From: Desulfobulbaceae bacterium
GTDB lineage: Bacteria > Desulfobacterota > Desulfobulbia > Desulfobulbales > SURF-16
Direction: 5' to 3'
Length of the DNA stretch: 64,000 bases
Assembly: GCA_023230525.1 (NCBI GenBank)
Contig: JALNXE010000001.1
Span: 39,488-103,487 of the forward strand
Shown: one piece after another, positions 60,281 to 64,000 of the stretch
Position numbering within the stretch: position 1 is the stretch's first letter
Layout: every line of letters begins with the position of its first letter
Made by a program: the position numbers and the translations under genes
Notes under the pieces: model-generated
What the model was told of the DNA's origin: nothing
The model's input: the letters and a program-made list of their open reading frames with translations, nothing else
Database searches by the model: none

Positions 60281-63142
60281 TTATCCCAAACGCTGATTCT
60301 TGACGAGTTCACACAGCACCCGTGCCACACTCGCCTCGTCGGGGCGGATAGCTTCGAGGTGTCTGGCAAGATAATCGGCCAATTTCACGACCAGTTCGCG
60401 CTGGGTCATGTCGCCGTAGTAGTCGGGAATGTTGAACATCAGGTGGGCCAGCACCTCATTGCCGTCCATATTTTTTGCCAACTCCATCACCGCATAGAGC
60501 ACGGCGCGCAGCACCGACTGTTGCAGTTCCGAGCCCTCGCCCATCTCGGCCCGTCCGAATTCCACCGCGCTTTTCAGCCGGGCGCTGTTGGCTTTGCGGC
60601 TAGCCATGAGTGCCTGGTAGTCTCGCACCTTGAATGCCTTGGCAAAGTTCTGGTAGTTGTCCAGGGTCTTGGCGCCGCGGGCCTCCAGGTCGAGCATCTT
60701 GAGGTAGAAGCGTTCGGCGCCGGAAAGCCGGTCCCAGTGGCGTTTCTCGATGCCTTGCGGCACCAGGCACTGGTTGGCGGTGTCCACGGCAAAGGCGATG
60801 AGCCCGTCCACAAAGGTGGTCTCGCCCTTGATCCTTGGCCGGATCGCCTCGGCGGTCATGTCGCGGCCGTCGATAATGGCGTAGCGGGTGAGCACCCGCA
60901 GGGCAGCGGCGTAGCCCGCCATCTGGATGTCGGCGTCCTCGAAGACGTTTTCGTCGCGGTAGAGGCCCTTGGCCTCCTGGTTGAGACCGGTGAGCGCGGC
61001 CACTTGGGCCTCCACCTCTTCCTGGATCTCCCAGGCGAGATCGTCACGGGTGGTCTTGTGGGTACCAAGGCGTTTGCGACAGACAAGAAGCACAGTGCCC
61101 TTGACGTGGCTTCCTTCACGGAGAGCGCTATCCGTTTCGGTGACCACATACCAGGCTGCAGTAACTTGCAGCCCTGAGGCCCAGACGATGTTGGCCATGT
61201 CAGCCCAGATGGAACCGGACTGATGGGTGAACATAATGACCTGGATGCCATTGTCCGGCATGCACTCGGTCATCTGCTTGTAGGCCGCCACCATACCACG
61301 ACGGAAGTCCTCATCTTCACCTTTGATGGCCAAGGATCGCCGGCTGTCCCAGGTCCAGTCGGCAAATTCAGGTGGCGGGTTCTTGCGCAGCCAAGCAATA
61401 AAAAAATCCAAGATTTCTTCGTACTTAACAGCATCTCCATAGGGGGGATCGGTGATGTAAATGTCATTGTTGGGAAGCTTTTCAGTAGTCGGTTTTGAAC
61501 ATATTTCATAGTGGCTTTTCACTGGATACGTAGTGAATCTGTCCTTGAAAAAACGACTCCCGTATGAAAAACTTTGGCAGGCATAGTTATAAATTGTGTT
61601 AAGCGCTTGATTGTCAAAAGTTTCAGCGACATACTCTCTGGCAGGATGCCATCGACTCAATTTAGAGTTGCAATTTAAGAGCGAGGTTAACCCTGACAAA
61701 GTCAGTGCACTTATTTCTCTTCGAATCAAACCACCTATAAGCAACTGCCGTGGATTGAATACATGCTGCCAGTGCGTCCAGCCCCGTGCTCTAATCAAAT
61801 CCAAGCCCTGGTATCGTGGAGGACCACCAACCTCAATTCTCATATCAGGAATCCACCCCTTGGTCTGCCAATTGATGATGTGGTCAGAAATGAAGTTTTC
61901 TACAACACGCTCACGTTCCATGTCTTCTGCAGTGACAGCACGAAACTCGTAGTTATAATTCTTTCTATTCTTTTTAGGACGCAACCATTGCACACAATAA
62001 AGACGTTCCTGAAAAATGTCATCCAACCTTGGCTTGTAATCGTGTTGCTCCCACATCCGAAGACGATTGGCAATTGTTCCGTCGGTTTTTTGAAAATCAC
62101 CGCGAAGCGTTGAAATTTTGGTTTTGTATGTAGCCCCTTCAACATGATGAATTAAATGTGCTTCTCCATATTTACCTTCCCGGCCAATCGTACAAGCTGC
62201 CGCCGCTTGCATTTCTGCCTCGCTGGCTCCACTGCGTATTAGAATGTCATATCGCTTAGTTTTCGGATCTGGTACCAGTTCGGCAAGGACCTTTCGGGTT
62301 GTACTTATTATCCTGGTAGGCAATAGAGGCACCATCCAACCGCTTTGTGGGCAACGAACTTCCATGCAATATAGAAAAACCTTGGCGCGCCACCCCATTC
62401 CATCATTCTCAACGTCGAGATTATCGATTTCCCTCTGAACTCGATCCACCAGTTTCTGTTGTTTATATAGCAATTGTTCTCTGCTTTCTTTGGTCCCGCC
62501 GATGACATTTAAGGCGCCCCAGGTGAGCATGCAGGCAACTGGATTCAAATCAGATGCATAGACATCACATCCGAGCCGGGCAGCTTCGAAAGGAATCTGA
62601 CCGGAACCACAAAAAGTATCAGCCACCTTGGGGCGATGGCCGAAACGCATAATGCCAAGCTGATCAACAAGTTCAGGAAATGAAAATGCATTGGTTCCCA
62701 CATGGGTATTGACCTCGGACCAGATAGGTGCAAACAGGCCCTCGCCACACTCTTCCGGCCGGCACGAAGCCTGGACCCATTCACGATACGGAGCATTATG
62801 GCCAACCGTACGGTATTCATTCAGGAAGAAGCGACTGCTTTTATCGTTCTTTTCCTCCAGACGTTGTTCAAGGGAACGCGGGTCCATCCCCATCAGCATC
62901 TCGAAGATGGCCAAATCCCTGGCCGCATCATCGGTGGCAGGCAGCAGGCAACCAAGGATACAGGCCTTGTTCATGATCAGCGGTTTACGCCCCTTCCAGT
63001 ATGACCCAAGGGCTGTGAGTGTCTTACCACTGCCAGCCATCTGTTCCTTGTAAGCCTCAGCAGAAAGTTTCTGCACCGGCAACAGCCGTTCAATCAAAGC
63101 CGGCGTATCTTTAAGGGAAAATGGGATGATTTCTTTACTCAT
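60281..63142 (-). CDS. DUF1156-type DNA methyltransferase (N6A/N4C class, DPPY)
   Basis: The N-terminus LPVQKLSAEAYKEQ…YWKGRKPL parallels the DUF1156 LP…EK…WWARRPL pattern as I recall it. SAM motif DTFCGSGQIPFEAARLGCDVYASDLNP and catalytic YITDPPYGDAV. 953 aa. Confidence 0.8.
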   Translation of the reverse strand: MSKEIIPFSLKDTPALIERLLPVQKLSAEAYKEQMAGSGKTLTALGSYWKGRKPLIMNKACILGCLLPATDDAARDLAIFEMLMGMDPRSLEQRLEEKNDKSSRFFLNEYRTVGHNAPYREWVQASCRPEECGEGLFAPIWSEVNTHVGTNAFSFPELVDQLGIMRFGHRPKVADTFCGSGQIPFEAARLGCDVYASDLNPVACMLTWGALNVIGGTKESREQLLYKQQKLVDRVQREIDNLDVENDGMGWRAKVFLYCMEVRCPQSGWMVPLLPTRIISTTRKVLAELVPDPKTKRYDILIRSGASEAEMQAAAACTIGREGKYGEAHLIHHVEGATYKTKISTLRGDFQKTDGTIANRLRMWEQHDYKPRLDDIFQERLYCVQWLRPKKNRKNYNYEFRAVTAEDMERERVVENFISDHIINWQTKGWIPDMRIEVGGPPRYQGLDLIRARGWTHWQHVFNPRQLLIGGLIRREISALTLSGLTSLLNCNSKLSRWHPAREYVAETFDNQALNTIYNYACQSFSYGSRFFKDRFTTYPVKSHYEICSKPTTEKLPNNDIYITDPPYGDAVKYEEILDFFIAWLRKNPPPEFADWTWDSRRSLAIKGEDEDFRRGMVAAYKQMTECMPDNGIQVIMFTHQSGSIWADMANIVWASGLQVTAAWYVVTETDSALREGSHVKGTVLLVCRKRLGTHKTTRDDLAWEIQEEVEAQVAALTGLNQEAKGLYRDENVFEDADIQMAGYAAALRVLTRYAIIDGRDMTAEAIRPRIKGETTFVDGLIAFAVDTANQCLVPQGIEKRHWDRLSGAERFYLKMLDLEARGAKTLDNYQNFAKAFKVRDYQALMASRKANSARLKSAVEFGRAEMGEGSELQQSVLRAVLYAVMELAKNMDGNEVLAHLMFNIPDYYGDMTQRELVVKLADYLARHLEAIRPDEASVARVLCELVKNQRLG

Positions 63143-63717
63143 TTATAATCCTTGAATAAGGGCAACTTGAACAAATCTTCCTGCCTTGGCCTGGGGTGAC
63201 GTTTTCTGCCCGTCGCCGGCTTTTCGCCATCGGAAAGGGCATGAAAAAGGGCGCGTCTCCAGCCGCGTTGGGTATCTTCGGGCAAACCTGCCTCAGCCAC
63301 GGTCATGGCAAAGAGCCACCAGCGCTCCTCGGGGCGCAGTGCCGCCCACTTGCTGCAAATAACAGACAGTTGTTCGGCGTTCGCCGTCTCCGCTGCCCAG
63401 GCCAGCACGCACAGCTCCTTACCCAGCAACCGGTCTACCAGATTGGCGCCGGTATGCCAGCGGCCGGTGAGCACACTGGCCGCCTTGAGCCGGGCGTTGA
63501 ACTCTCGGCGGGCAGGGTCGGCAATGGCGGACCAGACCGGGCGTTTCAGTACGACCCGCTCCTCCATGCGGGGAGCACCACCCTCCTCCCCCCTGTATCC
63601 GTAATCTTCAATGATCACCACCGGTTCGTTCCGCGCGGCCGGAATCTGAACACGGAACAGGTGGGCGCCGAAACTGTCCGGGGCGCCGAAGTCGATGGTT
63701 TTGGGGTTCTCACTCAC
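63139..63717 (-). CDS. Small accessory protein, probably DUF3780-type (by position and size)
   Basis: 192 aa, coupled by 4-nt overlaps between the upstream partial gene and the DUF1156 methylase. The family assignment is from gene-neighbourhood recollection, not from a motif. Confidence 0.45.
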   Translation of the reverse strand: MSENPKTIDFGAPDSFGAHLFRVQIPAARNEPVVIIEDYGYRGEEGGAPRMEERVVLKRPVWSAIADPARREFNARLKAASVLTGRWHTGANLVDRLLGKELCVLAWAAETANAEQLSVICSKWAALRPEERWWLFAMTVAEAGLPEDTQRGWRRALFHALSDGEKPATGRKRHPRPRQEDLFKLPLFKDYK

Positions 63718-64000
63718 TGCTCGATATCCCCGGAGTGCAGCTCGATGCCGAGTTTACCGGCAAAATCCCTGAGGTCATAACCCGAGGCGAAATGCGCCTT
63801 GCGGAAGGTCATGGTAACCGGCGTGTCGGGTGTGAATTTCTCCAGTACCTTGGAAAGAAGCGCTTCGATGAATGCTGCATCTACCTGGATTTCGCCTACA
63901 TTGACTGCGATCATCTGGTTGCCCTGGCCGACGGTCAGCACGATTCCCTCGAAGGTGACGGATTTATCCGCGGCCTGCTTCAACCCCTCGAAGGTCTTGC
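63714..64000 (-). CDS. C-terminal ~95 aa of a gene running off the right edge (probably the DUF499-type ATPase of the same module)
   Basis: The minus-strand frame stays open to the window edge; the ORF-track 'start' is an internal TTG. The family is inferred only from the usual DUF499-DUF3780-DUF1156 order. Confidence 0.35.
   Translation of the reverse strand, partial: KTFEGLKQAADKSVTFEGIVLTVGQGNQMIAVNVGEIQVDAAFIEALLSKVLEKFTPDTPVTMTFRKAHFASGYDLRDFAGKLGIELHSGDIEQ

Noticed and set aside
60269-61177. 302-aa plus-strand ORF and other 80-130-aa ORFs overlapping the 953-aa methylase
   Set aside because: These are shadow ORFs opposite a gene with clear SAM-binding and DPPY motifs. No motifs or RBS were found.

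Overview
The window reads as a mosaic conjugative-plasmid (or ICE) segment. The backbone at about 8-35.5 kb carries an SRAP-umuD-umuC operon, HU, a parA/RHH partition pair, an F-type (MPF-F) type IV secretion operon, a TrfA-like initiator with an 11-iteron oriV, one IS1595-family insertion with target duplication, and a divergent XRE/XRE switch. The tra genes run traA-L-E-K-B-V-C-W-U-trbC, then trbI-like, an S26 peptidase and traF-H-G; no traN is seen. Defence cargo flanks the backbone on both sides. The left arm (1-7.5 kb) is a rearranged type I R-M locus: hsdS, an in-frame chimeric hsdM'-'hsdS remnant and hsdM, with no hsdR in view. It also holds a ParB-like/Dam two-gene cassette, a PrrC-like ATPase/anticodon-nuclease candidate and rhuM. 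The right arm (35.7-64 kb) starts with a umuC 3' remnant. Next comes a 13-kb minus-strand array bracketed by two ~200-bp structured direct repeats. That array contains McrBC plus an unusual seven-gene Hsp70-centred operon: a GrpE-like protein, an 831-aa Hsp70, a Cdc48-type AAA+, a degenerate J-like 648-aa protein, a 49-aa peptide, a 154-aa unknown, and a membrane-anchored peptidoglycan-binding protein with six Cys repeats. After it come capH/capP with a type II CBASS operon (CD-NTase, Cap2, Cap3, TM-SAVED). The window ends with a DUF499/DUF3780/DUF1156-methyltransferase/PLD-SNF2 helicase module that has an AlbA_2 (Schlafen-like) gene inserted. I recognised no rRNA, tRNA or CRISPR array. The Hsp70-centred operon is my best candidate for an undescribed system. 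All family calls rest on motifs read by eye from the translations, and no database search was possible.
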